Source: Armatimonadota bacterium (GTDB lineage: Bacteria > Armatimonadota > Hebobacteria > CAIYQO01). Taken from it: 64,000 nucleotides of DNA. The DNA lies in the NCBI GenBank assembly GCA_038248345.1, contig JBBRXO010000006.1, forward strand, positions 10-64,009, in the 5' to 3' direction. The position numbers and the translations under genes are program-made. This document shows, piece by piece, positions 1 through 9,315 of the stretch. Numbering within the stretch: position 1 is the stretch's first letter; each line of letters begins with the position of its first letter. A model generated the notes under the pieces. It did no database searches. It had not been told where the DNA came from and saw only the letters and a list, made by a program, of their open reading frames with translations.

Positions 1-61
1 AGCGTGGATGTGGACGAAGAGATGGATGAGCTGTACGTAGATATGTGAGGAGTCGGGCCGC

Positions 62-1324
62 ATGGTGCAAACCCCACATAAACCACAATATGGCGCACTG
101 GAGATCCTCAAATACATCGGGCCGGGGCTGCTGGTCACCGTCGGGTTCATCGACCCGGGCAACTGGGCGACTAACGTGGCGGCGGGGGCGCAGTTCGGCT
201 ATGCCCTTCTCTGGGTAATCAGCTTATCCACCATCATGCTCATCCTGTTGCAGCGCAACGCTGCGCATCTGGGGATAGCCACCGGGCTGTGCCTCTCGGA
301 GGCCAGCACGCGCTACTTCCGCCCGTGGGTGAGCAGGTCACTGCTTGGCAGCGCCATGCTGGTGGCGGTATCCACGGCACTGGCGGAGATCCTCGGCGGG
401 GCGATCGGGCTGCAGATGCTCTTCCCCGCCATCCCCTTGCCTGTCGGGGTCATTTTGACTACTGCATTTGTCCTCTGGATGCTCCTCACCAATTCATATC
501 GGCGTCTGGAGAGCTGGATAATCGGCTTCGTCTCCATCATCGGCATCTCTTTCATTGTCGAGCTGGCTTTTCTGCATAATATCGCCTGGGGCACTGTCGC
601 CAGTAGCTGGGTCACACCGCAGCTCCCCCACGGCGCGGTGCCCACCATCATGGCGCTACTCGGTTCAGTGGTAATGCCGCACAACCTCTTCCTGCATTCC
701 GAAGTTATCCAGAGCCGCCAGTGGAATCTGGAGGACGAAAAGGTGATTGAACGACAATTCCGCTTTGAGTTCCTCGACACGCTTTTTTCCATGGGCATCG
801 GCTGGGCCATCAACAGCGCCATGATCATCGTCGCCGCCGCCGTCTTCTTCAGCAGGCAAATTCAGGTGGTGGATCTGCAACAGGCGAAAATGATGCTGGA
901 GCCGCTGGTAGGCCCGTCTGCGGCGATCATCTTCGCGCTGGCGTTGTTAATGGCGGGGTTGGCCTCCTCGGTCACCGCCGGCATGGCGGGCGGCAGCATC
1001 TTCGCCGGCATCTTCCGCGAGCCATATGACATCCACGACCAGCACTCGCGCCACGGCGTGGTCATCACCCTCGGCGGTGCAGCGCTGGCGATTCTCCTGC
1101 TGGTCTTCCTCCGCGTCAACGTCTTCAGCGCGCTCATCTTCTCGCAGATAGCGCTCAGCATCCAGCTCCCCTGGACCATCTTCGCCCAGCTCGCCCTCAC
1201 CTCATCCAAAGAGGTAATGGGGCGCCACGTCAACACCCCCCTGGAACGCGCCGGCCTCTACGCCATCGCCCTGATAGTGTCAGCGCTGAATGTCATGCTG
1301 GTTTGGGTGGTTAGTAAACCGTAG
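62..1324 (+). CDS. mntH: Nramp-family divalent metal (Mn2+/Fe2+) transporter
   Basis: 420 aa, multi-TM. N-terminal GPGLLVTVGFIDPGNWATNVAAGAQFGY is the Nramp DPGN signature. The stop codon TAG lies inside a REP element. Confidence 0.88.
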   Translation: MVQTPHKPQYGALEILKYIGPGLLVTVGFIDPGNWATNVAAGAQFGYALLWVISLSTIMLILLQRNAAHLGIATGLCLSEASTRYFRPWVSRSLLGSAMLVAVSTALAEILGGAIGLQMLFPAIPLPVGVILTTAFVLWMLLTNSYRRLESWIIGFVSIIGISFIVELAFLHNIAWGTVASSWVTPQLPHGAVPTIMALLGSVVMPHNLFLHSEVIQSRQWNLEDEKVIERQFRFEFLDTLFSMGIGWAINSAMIIVAAAVFFSRQIQVVDLQQAKMMLEPLVGPSAAIIFALALLMAGLASSVTAGMAGGSIFAGIFREPYDIHDQHSRHGVVITLGGAALAILLLVFLRVNVFSALIFSQIALSIQLPWTIFAQLALTSSKEVMGRHVNTPLERAGLYAIALIVSALNVMLVWVVSKP

Positions 1325-1344
1325 CCCGCGCCCGCCGTGGCGCG
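1321..1344 (+). repeat. REP element (family A: GTAGCC-CGCGCCCGCCGTGGCGCG), single copy
   Basis: Near-identical to the copies flanking the RAYT at 46.9-47.6 kb. 6-bp stem CGCGCC/GGCGCG with 6-nt loop; conserved 5' GTAG. Confidence 0.8.
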
Positions 1345-1542
1345 ATTACGACGTGGGTAGGGGCACAAGGCTTGTGCCCACGTCGTAAACATACAATTCA
1401 ATTGGTCATGCCTCCGCTACCCCGTTCAGTGGGCACATGCCATGTGCCCCTACAATACGAGAGTTCATTGTATCACCCATTAAACAGGAGTTCCCCTACC
1501 CCATGCCGAAAGATAACTGGACGGGCGAGGGAAAGGTGATAC

Positions 1543-2886
1543 GTGCCGCCAATTAAGCCGAACAATATGGAAGATAAGCATTACCAGGATCTGCTGCACG
1601 AGTCGGAGCTGGTGGTGGCTTTCGTGCGCATGGCGATGGTGGCGCTGGCGGTTATTATCCCTTCGGTTACCGGCATTAATCAGGAGATGCGGGCGGGTCT
1701 GCAGTACTCCATCGGCTTTGCGCTAACCTACCTGGTACTCTTCTTTGTGCTGCGCCAGTTTCGCGTCGTTGTCCCCGGTGCCCGGTTGACTATGCTGTTG
1801 CTGGATGGCACGCTGGTACTGACCTGGGTGATGCTCACCTGGCAAGATTCCACCGGTATTGCCGGGTCGCCGCTCTTCCCGCTCTGCTATGTGGTGGTGA
1901 TCATCGGGGCGCTGTGGTTTGAGGCACTGGGGGCGATGCTCACCGCCGCTGCATTGACGTCGACCTACCTCTTTATTATCTACCGCCTCTCCGGTGACCC
2001 GCTGGTGCTGACGGCGGCAATCTACCGCGAGGTGAGTTTCCTCTTTATCATTGCTATCCTCAGCGGGTACCTGGTAGATAAGCAGAAGCGCGAACGGGCG
2101 CAACAATCGAAATCGCGCGAATTGCTCGGGCAATATCAGGCACGTTTCGAGGCGGCGCAGGAAGTCTACGAGATGCTCATCCCCACCGCGTTACCCAAGG
2201 TGCCCGGGGTGGAGCTGGGCACGCGCTGGCGTCCGGCGATGCTCGAAGGCGGCGGCGATTTCCTCGATGCCGCGCTCCTCCCCGACGGCAGCATCGCGAT
2301 AACCATCGCCGACGTCTCCGGCAAATCGTTGCGGGGATCGCTGAAATTACCGATCTTCAAGGCGGCATTCCAGGCCAGTGTGCAGGTCTGGCAGGACCCG
2401 GGCGAGATACTTACCCAGGTGAACCGTATCGTCTACCCCACGTTGCAACCGGAGATGTTCATCAGTGCCTGTGTAGTGATTATTGATCCGGTGCAAAACA
2501 CGCTGCGCTACGCTAATGCCGGGCAAGACCCACCGGTATACTTCAGCCCGGCCAGCGATACTAACTTCCCGCTGGAGAGTGGCGGCCTGCTGCTGGGCAT
2601 TGATGACCATGCAATCTACTTCACCGAGCAGGTGTACATGTTGCCGGGCGATACCCTTTGCCTCTACACCGATGGTGTCACTGAGGCACGCAACCCCGCC
2701 CATGAGGAGTTCAGTACCGAGCGGGTATGGGCCGAGGTAAAAGTGTTGGCGAAACGTGAACTAACCGCCGACAACATTGCCGGAGAGATATTTGACGCGG
2801 TGAATAAATTCATGGACGGCGCCATACGCCACGACGATTTGACGATACTGGTGATGCGCTTCCAGCCGGATGATGTAGTTAAGTGA
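1543..2886 (+). CDS. membrane-anchored PP2C-family (SpoIIE/RsbU-like) serine phosphatase
   Basis: 447 aa. N-terminal half has several TM helices; C-terminal half carries PP2C/SpoIIE motifs (GGDFLDAALLPDGSIAITIADVSGKS, DGVTEARN). GTG start preceded by AAAGGTGA. Confidence 0.72.
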   Translation: MPPIKPNNMEDKHYQDLLHESELVVAFVRMAMVALAVIIPSVTGINQEMRAGLQYSIGFALTYLVLFFVLRQFRVVVPGARLTMLLLDGTLVLTWVMLTWQDSTGIAGSPLFPLCYVVVIIGALWFEALGAMLTAAALTSTYLFIIYRLSGDPLVLTAAIYREVSFLFIIAILSGYLVDKQKRERAQQSKSRELLGQYQARFEAAQEVYEMLIPTALPKVPGVELGTRWRPAMLEGGGDFLDAALLPDGSIAITIADVSGKSLRGSLKLPIFKAAFQASVQVWQDPGEILTQVNRIVYPTLQPEMFISACVVIIDPVQNTLRYANAGQDPPVYFSPASDTNFPLESGGLLLGIDDHAIYFTEQVYMLPGDTLCLYTDGVTEARNPAHEEFSTERVWAEVKVLAKRELTADNIAGEIFDAVNKFMDGAIRHDDLTILVMRFQPDDVVK

Positions 2887-3040
2887 GAGTTTGGGGTTGA
2901 TGATCGTTGGTTTTACCTACCCCCCCACCCCCTTCCCGCGCCGGGAAGAGGGCCGGGGGGTAGGTCGGTCAGAGGCTAAAGTGCGCTTCCCCGCAACCCG
3001 ACTTAATTATGAGCTACTAGCGAACAATGGCTCTCAAACG

Positions 3041-3121
3041 GCTACTAACATAGCCTCGGGTGAAGCCCGGAGGCGGCTTTTTTTTCCTTCACCGGGTTTC
3101 GCCCGGGGCTATGTTAGTAGC
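3041..3121. repeat. long imperfect palindrome (about 30-bp arms, 21-nt T-rich loop) between the convergent phosphatase and scpA genes; probable bidirectional terminator or structured element
   Basis: gctactaacatagcctcgggtgaagcccgg ... ccgggtttcgcccggggctatgttagtagc. Confidence 0.5.
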
Positions 3122-3209
3122 TCACTATTTGGTTATTGCCCGTAGTAGCCCGTTCTATATTATTGATACTAAAACCTTGTTTTTATGATTGTTGCGTGGG
3201 CTAAACGAA

Positions 3210-4031
3210 CTAATCAAACGCCTGCTGCGCCCCCGGTTGCACGGATATAATTGATATCGGGCCAAATAATTCCTCTTGTACTACCACAATCCGGTGCATG
3301 CGCATCAGCTCCAGCATCGCCAGGAAGGTGACGATGACCTCCAACCGCGTGGGCAAACCGCCATCAATAGTGAGGAAGAAGTCGACGAAGGCAACGCCGG
3401 TCGGGCAGGAATCCAGGCGTTTCAGGATATTGAGAACCTGTTGGCGGATAGTGACACGCGCCCGCGCAACCTCGCGCACTTGCGGCTCTGCCGCCTCCAC
3501 GCGTGCCAGCACCTCTTGCAACGCCGACCAAAGACTGAAGGCATCGGGGTTGCCCGCCAACTCCGGCGACGGGCGCATAAAGGTGAGATGGGGCACTATC
3601 TCGGAGCGGGAGAAGAGGCGTTTCCGCTCCTCGGCGCGCAGCTCCAGTTCACCCGCCGCAGCCTTATACTGCTGATACTCCACCAGTTTGCGCACCAGCT
3701 CAGCACGGGGGTCTTCCTCTTCCACCTCATCCTCGATTAACGCCGGTGGGCGCGGGAGCAACATGCGGGATTTGATCTCCAACAACGTCGCCGCCATCAC
3801 CAGAAACTCCGAGGCGACTTCCATATCGAGTTGCTGTAAGAGCGCCATGTATTCGAGGAATTGCGCCGTGATTTTAGCGATAGGGATGTCGGATATATCA
3901 ATTTCTTGCCGCTTGATCAGATAAAGTAAAAGGTCAAGCGGGCCTTCGAACAGCGGCAAACTCACCGGATACCCGGTAAAGCGCGACATCTGCTCGTCGG
4001 AGATATTTGCTGTAATGTTGGCAGTATACAT
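3210..4031 (-). CDS. scpA: segregation and condensation protein A (kleisin)
   Basis: 273 aa. N-terminal FEGPLDLLLYLIKRQEIDISDIPIAKITAQFLEYM is the classic ScpA signature. Confidence 0.85.
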   Translation of the reverse strand: MYTANITANISDEQMSRFTGYPVSLPLFEGPLDLLLYLIKRQEIDISDIPIAKITAQFLEYMALLQQLDMEVASEFLVMAATLLEIKSRMLLPRPPALIEDEVEEEDPRAELVRKLVEYQQYKAAAGELELRAEERKRLFSRSEIVPHLTFMRPSPELAGNPDAFSLWSALQEVLARVEAAEPQVREVARARVTIRQQVLNILKRLDSCPTGVAFVDFFLTIDGGLPTRLEVIVTFLAMLELMRMHRIVVVQEELFGPISIISVQPGAQQAFD

Positions 4032-4145
4032 AACGACGATATCCTCTGCAATTATCCCATACTATTCTACGCTAAAAAGAACATCCCCACATCCGTTATT
4101 ATACCACAAATAGTGTGTTGTGGGAATAATTATGCTGTAAATAGT

Positions 4146-4295
4146 GTCGTAGCATGGGCGTCCCGCCCATGAACAGAACAATTAGTGTCCGAGTATAATG
4201 AAAGAATCGTAGCATGGGCGTATCGCCCATGAGTCGGGGTCTTCATGAAATGCTGATGAGAATGAACTTCTCATGGGCGGGACGCCCATGCTTCG
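4146..4295. repeat. REP family B cluster (3 copies of CGTAGCATGGGCG-N-CGCCCATGA, the last inverted)
   Basis: Each unit is itself a palindrome (CATGGGCG.CGCCCATG). Lies in the scpA / 4325 divergent intergenic region. Confidence 0.7.
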
Positions 4296-4324
4296 CTTTT
4301 TAGATTTATGGTAATATTACTGAG

Positions 4325-4912
4325 ATGGATAGCAGATGGAAAAGCTGGGCGAAGGTGGCGTTGATTGTGGCGACGACGATCTACGGGGTCGTTTGTGCGC
4401 TTGACTATGAGAAATCGTACTTCATCCACGGGGTCGACCTGCTCATCCACGAATCCGGGCACATGATCTTCGGCATTTTCGGCAACCAGACGCTGATGAT
4501 TATGGGCGGGACGTTGCTGCAATTGATCATGCCGCTACTCTTCGTCGGATATTTCTTTTTTCGCAAGGAGTGGTACAGCACCGCGGTGACGGGCTGGTGG
4601 TTCGGGCAGAATTTCTTCGATGTAGCGGTATATATCCGCGATGCGCGGGCGCTGGCGCTGCCGCTGGTGGGGATAGGCACAGATGACCCCATCCATGACT
4701 GGAATTATCTGCTTTTTCACTGGCACGTACTGGCCCGTGATCAGCAGATCGCCAACTTATTCGCCGGCATCGGCTGGATTATCTTCTTCGTCGTCTTTAT
4801 CGTCGGATGCTATTTTGCCTTCCCTCATGATGAAGAAGAAATTCCACCGCCGCCGGTATTGCATGACTATGACAAACCGATCACAAATTACCTGCAAAGC
4901 GAAAAAAAATGA
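4325..4912 (+). CDS. small polytopic membrane protein with HExxH motif (putative zincin-like, DUF3267-type)
   Basis: 195 aa, about 4 TM helices. HESGH motif at the start of a TM segment; C-terminal acidic/proline-rich tail. Confidence 0.45.
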   Translation: MDSRWKSWAKVALIVATTIYGVVCALDYEKSYFIHGVDLLIHESGHMIFGIFGNQTLMIMGGTLLQLIMPLLFVGYFFFRKEWYSTAVTGWWFGQNFFDVAVYIRDARALALPLVGIGTDDPIHDWNYLLFHWHVLARDQQIANLFAGIGWIIFFVVFIVGCYFAFPHDEEEIPPPPVLHDYDKPITNYLQSEKK

Positions 4913-4957
4913 CTAACTTTCATTGACACCCCGGATACCCCTACGTATAATTCGACT

Positions 4958-6622
4958 GTGATAAAAGAAACATTTTACATCTCGCGGATGCGGGCAATAA
5001 TATCTCTGTTCATATTCGGTTTTCTTTTCCCTGTTATGGGCGTACGCGCACAAACACCCACTTCGCCGGTGGATGAGCAAATTAACCGCGCCGAGACGCT
5101 GGGGATCAGCGGGGATTATTCCGGGGCGATAGCATTGCTCAACGGCTTGGTACAGCGCAACGCTGACAATGCACGCGCTTACCAGGTGCTAGCCATCTGG
5201 CAGGAAAATCGACTGCTGCACAGCATTGAAGTGCCGACAGATAATATGCAGGAGCGCCAGCAGATGCTGCGCGAACGAATCTACGATGTCCGCTATCGCG
5301 ATGGCATTCGTGATTTGCTCGATACTTGCGCGCGAGGTATGATCAATCTCCCCGAAGCTCGCGCCTTGCGGCAGCGGGCACAGCTACTCACCAGCCAAGA
5401 GTTGCCCATCACTATGACGGAGTTCACTCCGCTGGTGCTGCCCGGCAACCCGGCTGTCTTCACTTATACTATCAATGATACCCAGCTCCCACCCGAACAA
5501 TTGGGGATACGCCGCTCGCTGATCACCACCACGCCGTTGCCGACCTCGGTGCGTCTGCAAAAAGACCCGAAATACGGCGCGAATCCGACACCAGACAAAC
5601 CAGAATATGCCAACTGGACCTTCCCCAACGTGCTCTATGCCTACGAATTTGCCGGGGATAGCCGTACGTGGAATCTACGTTTCCGCGTCCTCTGGCAGAA
5701 TGTCCCCGACCGCGCCGATATTCGTACGAACCAGGCACGGCAAGTGGCCCAGTTTATGTTGCGCCTCTCCGGGTTGGTTCGCGCCAACTCCGGCCTGGGT
5801 CCCCGCTTCAGTGAGGATGGCGTCGTAAACATCTGGCTGGCCGAGGAGGGCGAGGTGGGCGCGGAGGTGTACGGCGAAAATATCTACGTTTATCAAGTCG
5901 CCGCCGCCCGCACCGATCTGGAGTGGGTGCGCGAGATGATGCATGAATATGGCCACCAGACCCTCCCTACCGTGGGCGGATATGTTGATCCAGAATGGGC
6001 GGCCAGTGGACGGCTGGGCGAGCGGCTCTTCCTGCGCTGGCTTTTCGCCAACCCTGACGCTGACCTGGATAATCGCGGCTGGACATTGGGATTAGATCCC
6101 GTTCGTTTGCAGGAACGTCGCATCAATGTACTCGAGCGAAAGTTCGCCGCCGTGGGGCCGGATAATAAGATGCTATTGGGGACCGATGTGGACGCAATGG
6201 ACAGCTTCGTCGGCATGGCGCTCTATCTGGATGTAACCCGCGGAGGAAAATGGCTGGCCAAAACACTGGGCGAGGTGAAGACACCCTCCTACGCGGGCAA
6301 GCAAGGGTTTCTGAACACAGTTGTCGCGCTGGAGAAAGCCAGCCAGAATGTTGACCAGCCCACCGTCACCCTGCGCCTGCGTGACCTGCCGGAGAAACTA
6401 CCATTGTGGGTTTATCTGGAGACGGGCAACTGGGGAGGCACGATAGACCGGGCTGACCATATGAACCTGACTATAACCGCCACCGTTGATGGCAAAGATT
6501 GCCCGGTTACCCCCGCTGGCTCCTTCCACACCGGTGATATCACTGCCGGATGGCATGTAATAACTCTCAAAGCCGACGGCGGACTACCCAGCTATCGGGA
6601 GTTACGGTTAATGCGTCCGTAA
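4958..6622 (+). CDS. secreted hypothetical protein with HExxH (HEYGH) motif
   Basis: 554 aa. N-terminal signal peptide (LFIFGFLFPVMGVRAQT). MMHEYGHQT metallopeptidase-like motif; no other family recognised. Confidence 0.5.
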   Translation: MIKETFYISRMRAIISLFIFGFLFPVMGVRAQTPTSPVDEQINRAETLGISGDYSGAIALLNGLVQRNADNARAYQVLAIWQENRLLHSIEVPTDNMQERQQMLRERIYDVRYRDGIRDLLDTCARGMINLPEARALRQRAQLLTSQELPITMTEFTPLVLPGNPAVFTYTINDTQLPPEQLGIRRSLITTTPLPTSVRLQKDPKYGANPTPDKPEYANWTFPNVLYAYEFAGDSRTWNLRFRVLWQNVPDRADIRTNQARQVAQFMLRLSGLVRANSGLGPRFSEDGVVNIWLAEEGEVGAEVYGENIYVYQVAAARTDLEWVREMMHEYGHQTLPTVGGYVDPEWAASGRLGERLFLRWLFANPDADLDNRGWTLGLDPVRLQERRINVLERKFAAVGPDNKMLLGTDVDAMDSFVGMALYLDVTRGGKWLAKTLGEVKTPSYAGKQGFLNTVVALEKASQNVDQPTVTLRLRDLPEKLPLWVYLETGNWGGTIDRADHMNLTITATVDGKDCPVTPAGSFHTGDITAGWHVITLKADGGLPSYRELRLMRP

Positions 6623-6638
6623 CAGCCATGCTTCCGGT

Positions 6639-7556
6639 TTACAAGTGTACATGCTCTTCCGCCGCCAGCTCATCGGTCTCAATTTGTACAGTCTGGTGTC
6701 GGATATCAAAGCGCTCGTGCAGCACCTGGCGAATCTCTTCCAATTTACCGCAGCAAAAATCACATCGCTGCAAGACCACATGACAGCTCAACGAGATGTT
6801 ACCGCTGGTGATGGTCCAGACGTGCAGGTCGTGTATCTCCGTCACGCCGGTGATCGCCAACAGCGCCTGGCGAATCTCCTCAATATCAATATGCTTGGGG
6901 GTGGATTCCAACAGTATATCCACCGCCTCACGCAACAATGAGAAGGAACTGATGAGAATAAGGATCGATATTCCAATGGCCAGGATAGGATCAGCGATAC
7001 GCCAGTTATAAAGTAAGATCAACACGCCGGCGCCAATAGCCGCCACCGACCCCAGCGCATCACCCAGCACATGATAAAATACCGCGCGCATGTTGAGTGA
7101 GTGCGCATGGTCGCGATGCAAGAGCGCCGCTGCTACGATATTCACCACCAGCCCGCCAGTGGCGATGATCAGCAGCCCCTGCCCACCCACTTCCGGCGGA
7201 TTCTGCATACGAATAATCGCCTCCCAAATTATGAAACCGGAGATGCTCAGCAACGCCACTCCGTTGAACAGCGCCGCCAGTATCTCCAACCGATGATAAC
7301 CAAAAGATTTGCGCGCATTAGCCGGACGTTTCGCAAACATGTAGGCGAACATAGCCACCAGCATAGCAGCGATATCCGTGAGCATATGCCCGGCGTCGGA
7401 GAGCAACGCCAAGCTATGAGTCATTATGCCACCTATTACCTCGGCAAAGAAATAAATGGTCGTAATCACCAATACGATCATTAATCGCCGCCGGAAGCCT
7501 TCTCTATTCCCCTCGTCTTCACTATCATTATGATTATGCAAACTTTCACTCTCCAT
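6639..7556 (-). CDS. czcD: cation diffusion facilitator family metal efflux transporter (CzcD/ZitB-like)
   Basis: 305 aa. N-terminal His/Asp/Glu-rich stretch, 6 TM, HSLALLSDAGHMLTD and HVLGDALGSVAAI CDF motifs, C-terminal cytoplasmic domain. Confidence 0.85.
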   Translation of the reverse strand: MESESLHNHNDSEDEGNREGFRRRLMIVLVITTIYFFAEVIGGIMTHSLALLSDAGHMLTDIAAMLVAMFAYMFAKRPANARKSFGYHRLEILAALFNGVALLSISGFIIWEAIIRMQNPPEVGGQGLLIIATGGLVVNIVAAALLHRDHAHSLNMRAVFYHVLGDALGSVAAIGAGVLILLYNWRIADPILAIGISILILISSFSLLREAVDILLESTPKHIDIEEIRQALLAITGVTEIHDLHVWTITSGNISLSCHVVLQRCDFCCGKLEEIRQVLHERFDIRHQTVQIETDELAAEEHVHL

Positions 7557-7762
7557 TTTTAGCTCCCCATTAGTTTAGCATAAATATCAAGTTAATCAGA
7601 ATGCGCTTTCTGAAATAGTACCCACTTACCGGTCTTTTCATGGCCATTGTGCATTCCACTTCCCATGTTGTTGACTTCCGGCCATTGCACTCGTACAATT
7701 TAGCAGGTAATGTGGTGTATACGCAGGGGTTAGCCGCGTTCGCTACTGGGTATGGAGAATAT

Positions 7763-9238
7763 ATGCGGATTGCAATAATGTTGACGCTGGTGCTAATGAT
7801 GGCTGTCCTGGGAGCGGCGCAAGCGCTGAACAGGACGGAAACCGGCACAACAGTTATACCTCGAAGTATGATGAGCGATCTCGATGTCAACTTTCGCGGC
7901 AGTGACGCGATTTTGCTGGCAAAGAGTATTATGCTCAAGGTTCGTGATACGCACACGCTCTATCCAGCATACTCTATGCCGCTGTATAATGACCGCACCA
8001 CGAAAATAATCTCCGCCGCGCAATCATTTGAGCTGTTAGCGCGAACCCTCGTCCCCTGGTATGAAACAGGCGCCTGCCCGGATATGGTCACCATTACCAT
8101 ACCGACGGTCGCCCCCCCGGCATTACAACCATTATTGGAGCCACCGACCGAAGGTGACACCCACGCCGTACGCACCGAGGAGATTTATCTCGTCGTTTCG
8201 CGCATGTTGCCAATCATCGCAAAAATGAAAACATTGCCGGATTCATTCGTCTTGGGGAAGACGCCGCAGACACAATACAAATTCACCACCGCACAAATGA
8301 TCACTGCCATGGCCGCAGTATTGCAGGATGCCAATGAGTCGATGGAACTTCCCCGCACGGTGGAGGCTCCGCTCGTAAAATCGCCGAAATATTGGAATGT
8401 GCTAGATAGCCCACTTGCCATCAAACGCCCGCGCCAGCCCGTCCAAACAGTAACGCTGCAGCTCCCCGGCATAGTGCCGGATAACCGCGGCCCGGTACTA
8501 CCCTTCGTGGATGAGAATCTGCCAATATACATGACGTGGGCACGCCCCAAACACCCGATGGCCACTATCGCAATACCAGAGCAGGAACATTTAGACTCGG
8601 TATACAATTGGAAACATAGCTCTCCTGGTTTTTTTGCCGTTGATGCGGCGGATTATTTCTCCAAAGGTAACAACACCGGCAACGCGTTGCAGCAGCGGTT
8701 GGATTACGATACCATCGGGCCATCGCTGCACCCACCCTTCAAAATGGTGAAGTTACCGGTGACGCCGCAATTCTACGCTACCTGGCACCCCGTCGCACCT
8801 GATAAAATAGTCGACGTCGTCGAGGACGCTCCCGTGCTGCAATTACCCCCCCGGCGTATAGTCTCTCGGATGATCAACCCTTCTACTGCGGATATAACGG
8901 TAATATTGAATGGCCAGGAAGTAACCCTCCCCTTTCTGGAAGGACGTTGGCTGGGTGACCTGTACAGTGGGAAGATAAGCGTGGAAATCCGCCCGCAAGG
9001 AGACCTGCGTCTCGCCCAAATTCGTATCGACAACAACGCATGGTATCTGATGAGCGGCGACCAGACTAACACCGCCGACTACAACACACAACTGATCCGC
9101 GACGGCTGGCATTCCATGACCATGAGCGCCGTCGATAAATCCGGACGCGGCATCAACCACACCGTCTACTTCCAGGTACGCAACGGCAAAATGAGTAACC
9201 ACATCACCCGCCCAGAAACGGCTGATGGTGAAGTATAA
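7763..9238 (+). CDS. secreted hypothetical protein
   Basis: Long ORF 7640-9238. An internal ATG at 7763 is preceded by GGAGAA and begins a clear signal peptide (MRIAIMLTLVLMMAVLGAAQA). No recognisable family. Confidence 0.5.
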   Translation: MRIAIMLTLVLMMAVLGAAQALNRTETGTTVIPRSMMSDLDVNFRGSDAILLAKSIMLKVRDTHTLYPAYSMPLYNDRTTKIISAAQSFELLARTLVPWYETGACPDMVTITIPTVAPPALQPLLEPPTEGDTHAVRTEEIYLVVSRMLPIIAKMKTLPDSFVLGKTPQTQYKFTTAQMITAMAAVLQDANESMELPRTVEAPLVKSPKYWNVLDSPLAIKRPRQPVQTVTLQLPGIVPDNRGPVLPFVDENLPIYMTWARPKHPMATIAIPEQEHLDSVYNWKHSSPGFFAVDAADYFSKGNNTGNALQQRLDYDTIGPSLHPPFKMVKLPVTPQFYATWHPVAPDKIVDVVEDAPVLQLPPRRIVSRMINPSTADITVILNGQEVTLPFLEGRWLGDLYSGKISVEIRPQGDLRLAQIRIDNNAWYLMSGDQTNTADYNTQLIRDGWHSMTMSAVDKSGRGINHTVYFQVRNGKMSNHITRPETADGEV

Positions 9239-9315
9239 GAAAGCCACCCCGTAAACGAGGTGGCTGTGAAATCCCTTCTTTTCTCTTCGTGTCTTTGTGT
9301 CTTCGTGGTTCCGTC

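Noticed and set aside
2891-3145. 84-aa plus-strand ORF in the phosphatase / scpA intergenic region
   Set aside because: It lies entirely within a long palindromic or terminator structure, has low-complexity Gly/Pro/Arg composition and no RBS.
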